From Eledone cirrhosa (taxonomy: Eukaryota), in assembly GCA_964016885.1 (NCBI GenBank), contig OZ024755.1, positions 6,944,001-7,008,000 on the forward strand: DNA of 64,000 nucleotides, in the 5' to 3' direction. Position numbers and translations under genes: made by a program. The notes beneath the pieces were generated by a model, which worked only from the letters and a program-made list of their open reading frames with translations, ran no database searches and was not told where the DNA came from. Positions within the stretch are counted from its first letter, which is position 1; each line of letters begins with the position of its first letter. This document shows, in pieces, positions 29,054 to 43,900 of this stretch.

Positions 29054-29377
29054 CCTACATACATAGACCATCAGAACAATCTGATCCAGTCCATTTTCAA
29101 TATGGAGGCCATTAACAAGGTTTATTAGTAAAAACATGACTTGAGGTGTTTAGGTGAAAATGTTGTGAGACAGAGACCAGTAAGGTTAAACGGTTCCGAA
29201 GGTTTTCGCTGTTGAATCGGCACTTTCCGGAACTGTTTACTTCCGTTTAACATCAGCAACGCCAGCTTTCTATTTCCTTGTTTTCAAGAAAGATCAACTT
29301 CCGTTTTCGATTCGTTTGTTTGTTTCTTTCTCACTTTTACTCGTGTACACATATGCAACATACATACATGTATATAT

Positions 29378-29453
<76 letters not shown>

Positions 29454-29497
29454 GTGTTTGTCTGTGTATGTGTGTGTTTTCATATAGTTATATACGT

Positions 29498-29615
<118 letters not shown>

Positions 29616-29794
29616 TGTGTGTGAGTGTATGTGTGTGTGTGAGTGTTTGTCTCTGTATGTGTTTGTGTGTGTGTGTGTGTGAGACGTTTCTTCGTAGTGT
29701 TGGAGGTGGCAGTGTGACTGTGGTTGTTGTCGTTGTTGATGTTATTGTTGATGCTGTTGTTGTTGTTGATGTTATTGTTGTTGTTGATGCTGTT

Positions 29795-29833
<39 letters not shown>

Positions 29834-30021
29834 GATGCTGTTGTTGTTGTTGTCATCGTTCTTGTTGATGCTGTTGTTGTTGTTGTTGTTGTTGTCATCG
29901 TTCTTGTTGTTGCTATTGTTGTTGTTCCCCGGTCCTATCACCCAGTATTGATATTCTTCTAACACAATCTTATTGGGGGTAGTTTTTATATTGGAGTTAC
30001 GGTTTTTTCACCTTTGACACG

Positions 30022-31215
30022 ATGGTAGTGGTGGTGGTAGTGGTGGTGGTGGTGGTGGTGGTAGTGTTGGTGGTGGTGGTGGTGGTAATGTGATGATGGT
30101 GATGATGGTGGTGGTGGTGGTGGTGGTGGTAGTGGTAGTGGTGGTTGTGGTGGTGGTGGTTGTGGTGGTGGTGGTAGTGGTGGTGGTGGTGGTGGTGGTG
30201 GTGGTGGTGGTGGTGGTGGTGGTGGTGGTGGTGGTGGTGGTGGTGGTAATGTGATGATGGTGATGATGGTGGTGGTGGTGGTGGTGGTGGTGGTAGTGGT
30301 GGTGGTGGTGGTGGTGGTGGTGGTGGTGGTGGTGGTGGTGGTGGTGGTGGTGGTGGTGGTGGTGGTGGTAATGTGATGATGGTGATGATGGTGGTGGTGG
30401 TGGTGGTGGTGGTGGTGGTGGTGGTGGTGGTGGTGGTAGTGGTGGTGGTGGTGGTGGTGGTAATGTGATGATGGTGATGATGGTGGTGGTGGTGGTGGTG
30501 GTGGTAGTGGTAGTGGTGGTGGTGGTGGTGGTGGTGGTGGTGGTGGTAATGTGATGATGGTGATGATGGTGGTGGTGGTGGTGGTGGTGGTGGTAGTGGT
30601 GGTGGTGGTGGTGGTGGTGGTGGTGGTGGTGGTGGTGGTGGTGGTGGTGGTGGTGGTGGTAATGTGATGATGGTGATGATGGTGGTGGTGGTGGTGGTGG
30701 TGGTGGTGGTGGTGGTGGTGGTGGTGGTAGTGGTGGTGGTGGTGGTGGTGGTAATGTGATGATGGTGATGATGGTGGTGGTGGTGGTGGTGGTGGTAGTG
30801 GTAGTGGTGGTGGTGGTGGTGGTGGTGGTGGTGGTGGTAATGTGATGATGGTGATGATGGTGGTGGTGGTGGTGGTGGTGGTGGTGGTGGTGGTGGTGGT
30901 GGTGGTGGTGGTGGTGGTAATGTGATGATGGTGATGATGGTGGTGGTGGTGGTGGTAGTGGTGGTTGTGGTGGTGGTGGTGGTGGTGGTGGTGGTGGTGG
31001 TGGTGGTGGTGGTGGTGGTGGTGGTGGTGGTGGTGGTGGTGGTGGTGATTGTGGTGATGGTGATGATGGTTGTGGTGGTGGTGGTTGTGGTGGTGGTGGT
31101 GGTGGTGGTGGTAGTAGTGGTAGTAGTGGTAGTGGTGGTGGTGTTGGTGGTGGTGGTAATGTGATGATCGTGATGATGGTGGTGGTGGTGGTGGTGGTAG
31201 TGGTGGAGGTGGTGG
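30022..31215. repeat. Compound (GGT)n satellite punctuated by aatgtgatgatggtgatgat
   Basis: The anchor recurs about 10 times with variable GGT runs between. Confidence 0.95.
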
Positions 31216-32293
31216 AAAATGAGAGAGTTGAAGAGAGAAAATAAGAATTAAGAAATGTATATAGTCATGTATGTGTGTACATATGTGTGTGTTCTCTTGT
31301 ATATGTATGTGTATGCTACTGTATATGTATGTACAATAGTATATATATATATGTGTTTCTTTACACGTATCTGAATGTTAAGCCTGCAACCAAAGGAAAC
31401 AACAACAAAAAAAACTACGAAATAAAAAAGAAACATGAAAGCCAAAAATGAACTAAAATGGACACAGACACGTTATTTTCATGATATCACGTCAGGGCTT
31501 CCCCTTTTTTTTAAAGTCAACCTCAATCAACTCCATGCTTCTTATTTTCCTTCTTATAATAACTCATTCACATTGGGAACACTTCACAATGAATTGCATT
31601 ACGCGGATATTTCTTTGCGCAGGAAAACATCTTTGCAGGCCGACTCCATTTTGCAACGTTAAGTAATTTCCCGCTAACAAAAAAATATATTGTTGTAGAA
31701 CACCGCTTTCTATCGCTTGTAAATATGTAAATATCGGATATAGTATTTACTCTCTGTTAAGTCAAGAGATACTAAGAAGAAGACACAAAAAAATAATTAG
31801 ATAACCAAATAAGGAAAACGAAGTCAAACATATTTTAACAACAAAATACACGTATATAATAAATACATGAGATGATAGCAGTGAGAGTTTAATTTAAAGG
31901 AATATTTGACTTCAAATATAAACGGTTCGTAGGTTTGTTTTCCTCAGCTTATTTACGTGAGTGAATACAAGGAAGTTTGGTGAATATTTCTATAGAAAAT
32001 TTCGCTTTACAAATGTTCGGTATTTTCAGCGATGTCCAGAAAGTATATGCGTGGCAGAATAATTGAAATGGTGCGATAGAAACAGACATATAAATTATAT
32101 AAATGATATGTTATTAGAATATATGGCTGAAATGCTCAAGTAAATGTACCCCTACTCCTCGCAGTATAATGTCTGTTGTTGTAGTTGGTTTTATTTAGCA
32201 TGAGATCTAGGATTACAAGCATGCCGTCCACGACCATCCGGTAAAAATGTCGATAAAGTAAAACACCAGTAATGCATTGGGGTCGATTTAATC

Positions 32294-32324
<31 letters not shown>

Positions 32325-32329
<5 letters not shown>

Positions 32330-32529
32330 AAATGTGTGAGATCCTTGGTACAGTTAGGTATATTTGAAAAATAGGAAAAGAATGTCTTCACTTGTAGTGT
32401 TAAAAATTTGTATCATTTAATGTTATAATATAATATAATATTATGAGTTGGAATATTATAATATTATATTATAACATTAAATCATAACCTTTTTCAACAC
32501 TACAAGTGAAGTCATTATTTTTCTTTTTT

Positions 32530-32535
<6 letters not shown>
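32325..32535. repeat. Imperfect asymmetric palindrome in (TA)n
   Basis: cttcacttgtagtgttaaaaa..tttaatgttataatataatat pairs with atattatattataacattaaa..ttttcaacactacaagtgaag. Confidence 0.75.
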
Positions 32536-32559
<24 letters not shown>

Positions 32560-32565
<6 letters not shown>

Positions 32566-32662
32566 ATACTTGGGGAGGTTCATATTTGTGTAATAATATT
32601 GCCAGAATTGTTTCGACACACGATTTCATATCAAAAACCTCGCAAAACTAATTCATCGCCGT
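32560..32662. repeat. TA-embedded dispersed repeat
   Basis: attgttatacttggggagg.tcatatt also at 1497-1565 and 23211-23240, each beside (TA)n. Confidence 0.75.
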
Positions 32663-32692
32663 TGCTGGCGTTCTGCCTGAAGTAGAAACAGT

Positions 32693-32730
<38 letters not shown>

Positions 32731-33030
32731 CATATATTTTATATTTCTTTCTATTATTTTGTATTATCTCCTACTCTCATTTGACTTACCTATTATAACC
32801 TCCCTCCTCCATTTTCTCCAGAAAAATTTTTCGACTTTTCATACACTATCCTTAGAATCTGCTGTATAGATTTCACTTTCAACGCTTGACCGGCTCCACT
32901 CACTCCCCTATTGTTCTACAGGCAAGTTCAGCCACCCCCACCACCCACCAAATGCCATGATAGACTTATTTGTGTTTACAACAAATTTTGACCAATCCTC
33001 TCGAAAACTACAATCTTCCCATATAAGGTA

Positions 33031-33249
<219 letters not shown>

Positions 33250-33278
33250 ATATATATTTATTTATATATATATGTGAG

Positions 33279-33328
<50 letters not shown>

Positions 33329-33331
<3 letters not shown>

Positions 33332-33428
33332 GGTGTTCCAAAACATGTATACATACTTTGATTACCTGTATAGGCAATATTTATTAGAATGTTATTGAAG
33401 TATGTATACATTTTTGGGGGACATCCTG
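33329..33428. mobile_element. 100-bp MITE, Tc1/mariner-type ends
   Basis: TA|cagggtgttccaaaacatgtatacatactt...aagtatgtatacatttttgggggacatcctg|TA. Confidence 0.75.
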
Positions 33429-33581
33429 TATATATTTATGTATCTATAGTAATGATGTTAACAGTGATGCTGCTGAATTGGATTGCTGTAACATGTTTTT
33501 GTGTTATTTATATATTTTGTAACAGCCTCGGGTACTACTGTTCCTCGTTATACCCCCTCCTTTATCCCTCACTTTCTCTGA

Positions 33582-33613
<32 letters not shown>

Positions 33614-34219
33614 TTCTCTTTCTCTCTCTCCCCTACTCAGTCCCTCTCTCTCTCTCCCTTACTCAGTCCCTCTCTCGCTCTCTCTCCCTCTCAATTCTTG
33701 TAACTGGAGACGTGAATGAGGTCTTAGCATCATCTACGGCAATAGCCCCTCTTTTCCCCCCTATCGACAGCCAGTTATTCCACCCACTCCCACCCCCACC
33801 AAGTCCCTGGCTGTTTATCCGGAAAAAGGGGGTTTGGAAGGGGATAGAAGCAAGCAATGCTATTATGTTCCTTTCTTGGACACTCAATCATTTTCCACTT
33901 TAGGCCCCTGTCAAGGACTCCCGTGAAAAAAGGGTCAGCTGGTTGGAAATGGAATGAACACCTCACTCAAATTTACCGTCTTCACCCCACCTCGTCTTTT
34001 TATGAGGTATATATCTTTGAAATCAGCATGTAGCATAGAGTAGGAGGTTTGGAATGGGTGCCATAGTCTCACATATCATATCTAAGACAGATGAAAGAAT
34101 GAAGTGACGAGAAATTAATCAAGAAAATATTGGGAACCATGGCAGAGATGTGGAATGGTAAAGTGGGAAAGACTTATATGTGTGTGTGTGTGTCTCGGGT
34201 TATATATATATATATGTAA

Positions 34220-34258
<39 letters not shown>

Positions 34259-34259
34259 A

Positions 34260-34309
<50 letters not shown>

Positions 34310-34314
34310 ATATA

Positions 34315-34383
<69 letters not shown>

Positions 34384-34811
34384 GTATGTTTGCGTACACA
34401 CACATACGTATATATATATATGTGTGTGTGTACGTGTGCGTGTGTGTGTGCGTGTGTGTGTGTGCAGAGAGAAAGATATTAGAGTGACAGAAAACGTATT
34501 AAATATAAACAGACAGGTGGAAAGGAAGATAATTATGAGACTAAATAAATAGATAGACAGATAGAGAGAGATGAGGCGTAGGTAGTTAATTAGCTAGATA
34601 GGTAGGTAGATCCTTAGGTAGATTGACAATGAAACAGAAAGACTGTCAGTTAGATAGGTAGATCGGTAGATCGATAGATCGATAGATATCTGTAATACCG
34701 ACTCTGTAACTCCACCTCTATCTCATTTGATTTGTAACACACCCCTTTCATAAATAGGTCTGACACACCAGCACCGCCACATAGAATCTTCTCCATGCAT
34801 ATCTATCTATT

Positions 34812-34973
34812 GGGGGTATGTGTTACCCATATGAAATGTCTCCCCCTATTGGGGAAAATCGATTAAATTTTAAATTGCATTTGTGATAGTATTTTACACG
34901 TTTTTATTGTATGTAAACTTCCCCCTTTGTATTTGTCCCCTTCTTTTGTGCGCCTGTGGCTATTAAAGAAACA

Positions 34974-35004
<31 letters not shown>

Positions 35005-35187
35005 ATATATATAGAGAGATAGATATGTTTCTTTATTAGCCACAGGAGTACAAAAGAAGGGGACAAATACAAAGGGGGAAGTTTACATACAATAAAAACG
35101 TGTAAAATATTATCACAAATGTAATTTTAAAATTAGTCGATTTTCCCCAATAGGGGGAGACATTTCATATGGGTAACACATACCCCC
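34812..35187. repeat. Tail-to-tail inverted pair of Tx1-like LINE 3' UTRs
   Basis: Arms of about 170 bp ending gtggcta(t/a)taaagaaacat-(atct)n, with a (TA) centre. Shares ttccccaataggggg and tttctttatt.gccaca with 5388 and 59290. Confidence 0.8.
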
Positions 35188-35381
35188 GAAAAAAGAAATG
35201 TGCAACCCTCATCTCCAGGAGTACGAAGAGTTTGTACTCCTTTCCTCTCCTTCTCTTTTTCCTCGACCTACAGGCTGATATAGAGAGAAGATAAATAGAT
35301 AGATATATGTATATATCCTTTCTTCCTTTCTTAATACTTCTTCTTCTTCTCCTTCTTCTTTTCCTTCTTCTTCTCATTCTT

Positions 35382-35419
<38 letters not shown>

Positions 35420-35945
35420 TATTCTCGTCGTTTTCTTACGTCACTGCTGAAGGTGACGAGGTGTTATAGACCTAATAACATCCAGGTGTGTCCAAAGACG
35501 ACTTCTCTGGTTGCTGGAACCGACAGAGATCAGATTAGGTTTCACGAGTATAAAAATACACATCACACACATATACACACATCACATATTACACACACAC
35601 ATCACATACAACACACATACATCACTCACAGACACACACATATTTATATCTGTAGTGTTGTTTATATATATATATTTATGTTTCAGTAAACGTAGAAAGA
35701 CAGAACTGAGTGTAGATATATATGTATGGATGTGGTTTAGAATGGAATTAATAATGAGGCAAGCAGAAAGAGAGCTGCTTGAATTGGGTAAGAGTCGGAG
35801 GAAGGTCGTATATATACATGAGAGAGGGGTGTAGAGAGGGTAAGAGAGAGTGGGTAGTTAATAGTGAGACTTTTTATATTATGGGTGATATACATATATA
35901 TATATATAATATATATATAATGTATATATATATTGTTATTCAGAG

Positions 35946-36037
<92 letters not shown>

Positions 36038-36070
36038 TATAATGTATATATATATTGTTATTCAGAGAGG

Positions 36071-36148
<78 letters not shown>

Positions 36149-36159
36149 CACATATATAT

Positions 36160-36200
<41 letters not shown>

Positions 36201-36239
36201 TATAAATGAAAGGTATAGAAAATATTGTAGCAAAAAGCC

Positions 36240-36279
<40 letters not shown>

Positions 36280-36289
36280 ATATATACAT

Positions 36290-36367
<78 letters not shown>

Positions 36368-36411
36368 GAAAGAGAGAGAGAAGGGTAGAGAGAGTGAGTA
36401 AGAGAGAGAGA

Positions 36412-36483
<72 letters not shown>

Positions 36484-36872
36484 AGAGCCTGATAGAGACA
36501 GCAGTTAATTATGAGTAAAGATTTCTATATATCGTGAGTATTTCTCTATGTTCCGTATCAGATTTGTTATTGTGTATAGCGAGCTGTGGGGCGGGGCTGA
36601 TGGGAGGAGCAAATCCTCAATTAGGCAAGATATATTAAAGAATGGCTACTACTCTTAGAAATAAAGTCAACAAGAATTACTAGGCAATAATTGCTATTTC
36701 AACACAAATTGGACAACGTAGGAATATTATTGATAAGAATAGAGAAATATAAATATAACAACAACAGGGTATGTAAAGAAAGGATAAGAGAGGGGAGGCT
36801 AGACAAAGGTATTGCTAGAAACCACAGTCATCAATTCTTCATCTGGTTCTAGCCTTTCTTTCTTTCCTTCCT

Positions 36873-36912
<40 letters not shown>

Positions 36913-37010
36913 TCCTTCATCTTGCTTCTTCCCCTTCTTTCTTTGGCTGCTTTATATTTCATCATTTTTTTTCTCCTATCTTTTCTTTCTGTATCTGTAT
37001 CACCTCTTTC

Positions 37011-37083
<73 letters not shown>

Positions 37084-37161
37084 TCTCTCACCCTCTCTCC
37101 CTCTCTCTCTCTCCCTCTCTCTCTCCCTCTCTCTCTCCCTCTCTATCTCACTCTCCCCTCT

Positions 37162-37213
<52 letters not shown>

Positions 37214-37227
37214 TATATATATATGCG

Positions 37228-37260
<33 letters not shown>

Positions 37261-37261
37261 A

Positions 37262-37650
37262 TTCGGGTGGCCCTTATTTTTCAACTTTCTAAAAGTTTAG
37301 CTTAGCTCCCACCCTCCTATCTTGAGTCAATAAGTCAATCCCTGCAAAACTTTAGCTCAAGCGGACAACTGCAAGGCAGCCCTCATCCATCGATAGTGAA
37401 AGTTTGAAGTTTTCGCCCGGAAAGTCATTTTTTCAGATCAAATTTTGTTATCTCTTATATACTCTTCTTTTAAATTAAAAACGTGTTCAGACCTATTCTT
37501 GGTATTAGAAGGATAAGTGACAATGAATATAAGGGGGGAAGGCAACTTGCAAAGCTGGGGGCAGAGCGCAGGTATAGGGCAAACACGTATTTTCCGCTGT
37601 GGGAGCAGCAAAATTTTAACTTTCGGAAAATGATCTATTGAATACTCGGT
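37262..37650. mobile_element. Degenerate DNA-transposon/MITE-like element
   Basis: Imperfect inverted ends aaagtt..gctccca / tgggagc..aacttt. A related end lies at 39076-39195 (cagttgtccg.ttgagct). Confidence 0.4.
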
Positions 37651-38046
37651 ATTGAGTAATATATACATATATTTAGTTACTAAAAATCTTTTTTTAGTGG
37701 CGAGCTATAGACGGCGAGTCTACGATTTCCCGCCTTCACTATACACCAATGTATTTACGGGTCACTTTCACGACCTTTTAGACCTGTATTAGTTGGAGTG
37801 AGGTCATATATTTTGTCGTTCCTGGGGTTTTTAACCCTAGGACAGGAAAATGCTTCTCTGATGATCGTTGCTTTTCCATTAATATCCTGGTGATATTTAA
37901 TGTTTTGCACCGTGAAACTGTACAGTTAGGGCCATTAGAATAGGTAAATATTTATATTATATTTTTTAATTTTGATTAATTTTGATTGTATATTAATTTT
38001 GATTTATTTTGAAAAATTGATTAAATTTTACTTGTTCTGCTTATCT

Positions 38047-38149
<103 letters not shown>

Positions 38150-38264
38150 ATATATATATATGTGATATATATATACTCCACTTACTATCCTTGCTTTCAT
38201 ATTTCTCCTTGCTCCCCGTTTCTCATTGTATTTGTATATAAACACGTACATAGATACAGGGGAA

Positions 38265-38426
38265 AAGGGAGAGCAAGGAGAGCAATGAGAAAATGGAGAG
38301 CAAGGAGAGCAGTGAGAGCAAGGAGAGCAATGAGAAAAGGAGAGCAAGGAGAGCGATGAAAAAAAAGGAGAGCAATGAGAAAGGGAGAGCAAGGAGAGCA
38401 AAGATAAAAGGAGAGCAAGGAGAGCA
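38265..38426. repeat. Purine-rich minisatellite (ggagagcaa / tgagaaa)
   Basis: Direct reading. Confidence 0.85.
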
Positions 38427-38539
38427 GGGGAGGATGGGGAGGGGTGAGGTGGGAGAGGGGGGGAATTGGATGATGAGGAGCAGAGGCAGTATGTGGTTAT
38501 ATATATATACACAACGTATATATATATATACATTGTATA

Positions 38540-38930
38540 TTTAAAGGTTAAACAAGGTTCAATGAATAAATCAAAGAATGAGTTTTACAATAGATTGGAA
38601 GCACTCAACAGTAATGGTTTTCTGGAGTTATTAATATTAATTCATAATATTAACAAAATAGATATTCTTGTGATCAAGTATATTTTATTATACATATTTC
38701 AGAGGTACTGAGTTAACTTCAACAGTACGTCCTCATCAGATAAAATAAGATGATGCATGACATACCCTGACATAGTAGATGGTTAAGATTCAGTCATGAC
38801 TGAATCTTAACCATCTTATTTCATCTGATGAGGACGTACTGTTGAAGTTAACTCAGTACCTGTGAAATATGTATAATAAAATATACTTGATCACAAGAAT
38901 ATCTATTTTGTTAATATTTTGAATTAATAA
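38540..38930. mobile_element. Family C3 fold-back double-hammerhead element (- 38683-38745; + 38819-38881)
   Basis: ttttat-CTGATGA-ggacgtactg..cagtacct.t-GAAA-tatgta-TA-ataaaa on both strands, with a 40-bp perfect palindrome at 38777-38816. Confidence 0.85.
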
Positions 38931-39193
38931 TTATATACATTGTATATATATATACATTTGCTGGAGTTGCCTGGATGTGTCCACATAAATTTCTCTAAGA
39001 AGAAAAAAGAAAATGGTCGAGATAGGGAACAGTATACCGCTTTTGAACAATCGTTGCATATACTATGTTCAACTTTGAGGGTCGCCTAACAGTTGTCCGA
39101 TTGAGCTGAAATGTTGCACACCCCGTGCTTTTGTTGATTGGAACAGGATTAGATGGTGAGAGCAGCATTTAACTTTCGGAAAATTACCTATTG

Positions 39194-39357
39194 CTCGGAC
39201 GTCATGCTTTGACGCATAAAGTTACGGCCCTTTCTATTCTGAGTTCAAATCCCGCCGAGGTCAACTTTGCCTTTCATCCTTACGGGGTTGATAAAATAAA
39301 GTACCAGTAATGTACTGAGTAATTGCTGGCCTTGTGCCAAAAGTAGAAACAATTATT
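39194..39357 (+). mobile_element. tRNA-derived SINE
   Basis: Dominant family. Confidence 0.9.
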
Positions 39358-40156
39358 TATTTATCTAAAGAAAGAAAGATCAGCCAAATCCCAGACATTT
39401 GCGGTGTGCTACTTACTGAAAGGTTCAAGTTGATTTGAAAGAAGGGCTCGTCTTCCTAAGTTATATTTTATGAATGGTGCAACGATCTGACCTTAGAAGG
39501 CGCTTGATCAAGTGGTTAGGGTGTTAGACTTAGGATCATCATGTGATGGGCTCGAGGGTGGAGGGGGTGGAAGAGTTAGAAATTACTTCATTGTGGATAT
39601 AACAGGTGCATATGAGAGTATAAACATAAAACCCAAAGCTGAAAATAAAGAACAAATTTTCAGTAGATAGAACAATACAACAGTTGGTGCACTGTAGGTG
39701 TGATTACAGCTGCACCCAGTTTGTTGTGGTGCTTGCATGGATGACAGAGAAAGAACAACTGGCTAAGATATGGACGAAAAGAACTTAGACATTCCCTGCT
39801 AGAATTAATATTACATGAGGAGAGTGGATGAAGGTACCGTTGGGACATGCCAAAAATCATTCTGATTTCTCACTGACAGCTGAAGAAGCGAGTATCCCGC
39901 AGTGCGTAAAATATGTGTGTATATTTTTGTGTATTTTTCGACAATGCGTGTGTGTATGTGTATGTGTCCTTATTGACAGTATGTGTGTGTGTGTCTATGT
40001 GTGTGCATGTCCCTATTGACAATGACACCTGTAAAAAGATGCCCCTAGAGGGTGATGCTATCCTAGCGTGAATCGACAGCTGTCATGGCGACTTTGACAT
40101 ACACAAGCTCGATGGGAAGTCTTTATTGGATTTTAGTTTCTTTATATTATAAGCTA

Positions 40157-40213
<57 letters not shown>

Positions 40214-40727
40214 CAGCAGCAGCAATAGTAGTCGTCGTGGGTTTTTTTCTCATCGTCTTTCCATGTTCTATACTGCATTGCTATTGTTTATCGCCAAATC
40301 AAGCATTATCAAATAGTTCTATGATCAAAGGCATTCCAACCGTGACCATCCTGTTTTTTGTTTGTTTGTTTTTTAAATATTAAAACAAAGACTACATTGT
40401 CCAATATGATGTGATTTGAGGGTCATTTACCCGAATGACCATAGAAATCAGTGGTTCCTAACATTTTTAGTAGTGTGGCCCGACTTGTGATAAACCGCAT
40501 CCTATGACATTTACTGCTCGGAAAAGGTTGTCCATACCTGGTTTAAACCAATGGTTATAAATATGAGGTACACAACGCACGGGGCAGTAGTAGGAGATTA
40601 GAATATGGTGCGGGGAGATTCTTGAAGATGTTATATATATATATTTTTTAACACCAAATATGCTTTTATATTATACGAGGGGCCATACAATTTTTTTGAG
40701 ATATCATGATAAGACATTGCCCCGAAA

Positions 40728-40945
40728 ATTCTTCTTTTTCGCCCACTTATTCCTGAGAGGATCGTGGGGACATAGTCCTCAAACACTCCTTCCGGCAGGT
40801 CCTGTCAGAAGCAACCGTCTCCAACTGATCCGGCAGAGATGCCCAAGCAACACCAGCCAAGCTCATGGATGTTATCCAACCATCCTGCTCGGGATCTACC
40901 CTTGAGTCTCCTGTCGGTTGGTTTTGTCCGTAAAATCTGTCCAGA
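40728..40945 (-). mobile_element. RTE LINE 3' end
   Basis: Minus strand KPTDRRLKGRSRARWLDNI (GRPR..W.D motif) with a gaa tail. Homologue at 47205-47415. Confidence 0.75.
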
Positions 40946-41343
40946 TCCAAAATTCTAAACTGAAAATTAAATTTTAATGATTCATTTTCATTGAAATATT
41001 TATTGAATAATTAAAAGTGACAGTTTTTACGAGAAATTACTATTTGGTATTCTATGCCCACTTTTTTTCTTCTTCACTCCTCTTTGTTTTCTAACGACCT
41101 CCTAACTCCCTTCATGTCTTTCAGTGCCCTTCTTCAAACTCCCAGTGCCCCTAAGTGGGAGGTAGTACCCTCTTGCAAATTACTGGGTTAAAGGGATGCC
41201 CGTAACTAACACGGAAGTGTCTTTGTCAACATTTACATTCAACTTATGGATTGAACAACGTATCTCAACAAACTATAACAAGTCATCTTGATTGTCAACT
41301 GATTTCATTTCGTAAATATATGTATATGTATATATATATATAT

Positions 41344-41500
41344 AACGAAGGAAATGTGGTAAGGAACCAGGTGGACCATAACGCACCAAAGTACTCAATA
41401 CTTGAGGTAGTAGAGTGGGTAATAGGAACCAGTAAGACCCCGACAGCTGAGCTCAAGCCGTTTCGACGGCTTGAGCTCAGCTGTCGGGGTCTTACTGGTT

Positions 41501-41503
<3 letters not shown>
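41344..41503. mobile_element. Family A fold-back element in (TA)n
   Basis: Same variant as 8538-8724 but centred on agccgt-ttcg-acggct. Confidence 0.85.
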
Positions 41504-41538
<35 letters not shown>

Positions 41539-41572
41539 CATACATACATACATACATACATACATACATACA

Positions 41573-41620
<48 letters not shown>

Positions 41621-42213
41621 ATTTTGCAGTCTAACTTCCCCCCTTACCAACCACCGTATAAATATTGCATGATATCGATGACATTAAAACACAAAACATA
41701 AAACATAAATATATTCTTAATTATGAAATGAGTACTTCACAACTCTAGAATATTTCAATTGAAACTACTGACTTGCAACTCTAACCTGAACAGTTTCTTA
41801 TCTGAGGAGAGGACGTAAGCCTTTCTATGTCAGCCAACGAATCTATTAAACTCGCTGACACATTCAACATCAAATTTCATCTACTTTCAATAGAATCGCT
41901 TCTAATTATTCAAAGTCAATTAGAATCCTATTAAATTATCTATTAACATCACTGCCAGTGGATTCGTTCTTGTTGTTGTTGGTGGTGGTGGTAGTGGTGA
42001 TGTTGATGTTGTTGGTGGTGGTGGTAGTGGTGGTGTTGATGTTGTTGGTGGTGGTGGTAGTGGTGGTGTTGTTGTTGTTGGTGGTGGTGGTAGTGGTGGT
42101 GTTGTTGTTGTTGGTGGTGGTGGTAGTGGTGGTGTTGATGTTGTTGGTGGTGGTGGTGGTAGTGGTGGTGTTGATGTTGTTGTCACCGTTGCCACCGTCG
42201 TTACTGTCGTTGT

Positions 42214-42289
<76 letters not shown>

Positions 42290-42451
42290 ATGTCTCGTCA
42301 TATGGTAGGGGAGCGATAGCTGCTATTATGATCGTTAATAATGATGAGAGGCGGGGAATAATTAGGATGATGATGATGATGATGATGATGATCATGATGA
42401 TGGGGAGGAGGAGAAGGAGGAGAAAAAGATATCACTGTCTTCAACGACAAC

Positions 42452-42490
<39 letters not shown>

Positions 42491-42507
42491 CATACATATA
42501 TATATAT

Positions 42508-42538
<31 letters not shown>

Positions 42539-42683
42539 CATACATATATACATATATGTTTAAGTTAAATATATATACATACACACATATATATGTATAT
42601 ATATATATATATACATACATACATATATATATATATATACATACATACATACATATATACACATATATATATGTTTAAGTTAA

Positions 42684-43016
<333 letters not shown>

Positions 43017-43339
43017 CATACATATATACACATATATATGTTTAAGTTAAAAGAGCAATATGATATTAGGGAAAGAAAGTGAGTGTTCAGGAGACATTGG
43101 AAAGTTGTGTATCATCCGTCAAAAGGGTGAAATATGATAGGGAGGGAGGGGGAGGGAGGGAGGGAGGGGGAGGGAGGGAGGGAGGGGGAGGGAGGGAGGG
43201 ACTGTCAGATTCTTGGTCAGGGGTCCGTTAGAATTAACACCGTTAAATACAGCAGAATCATCTATATATATATCTACATATATATATATATATATATATA
43301 TATGTGTATGTATATATATTTAACTTAAACATATATGTA

Positions 43340-43400
<61 letters not shown>

Positions 43401-43416
43401 ATATATATTTAACTTA

Positions 43417-43468
<52 letters not shown>

Positions 43469-43472
43469 GATA

Positions 43473-43507
<35 letters not shown>

Positions 43508-43632
43508 TTAATACATTAACATATATGTATGTATATATATATATATATATATATACATATATATATACATATATATATATATACATATATACATATATAT
43601 ATACACATATATATAAACATATATATATATAC

Positions 43633-43680
<48 letters not shown>

Positions 43681-43900
43681 TCTAGACAGGGTAAAGTAGG
43701 ATTGGGGGGTTGGTTCGCCGAATGACCTCGTACGCCCGTCACGTGCACGGGGTGTCTGTGTGGGTAGGTGTCATGGGTGGAGCGGCCTGTGAGCTAACAC
43801 GTGCCCTCACAGTTAGCGGCAAAACATTGTTGTCACATATATAATGAAGATGATGGTTATGATGAAAGCGAGGCGGCTTTGGAGAGGGAGATAAAGAGCA

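Noticed and set aside
36586-36612. GC box as a promoter
   Set aside because: An isolated motif with no adjacent gene evidence.
41800-41845. CTGAGGA plus a short hairpin
   Set aside because: GAAA and stems I/III are not found.
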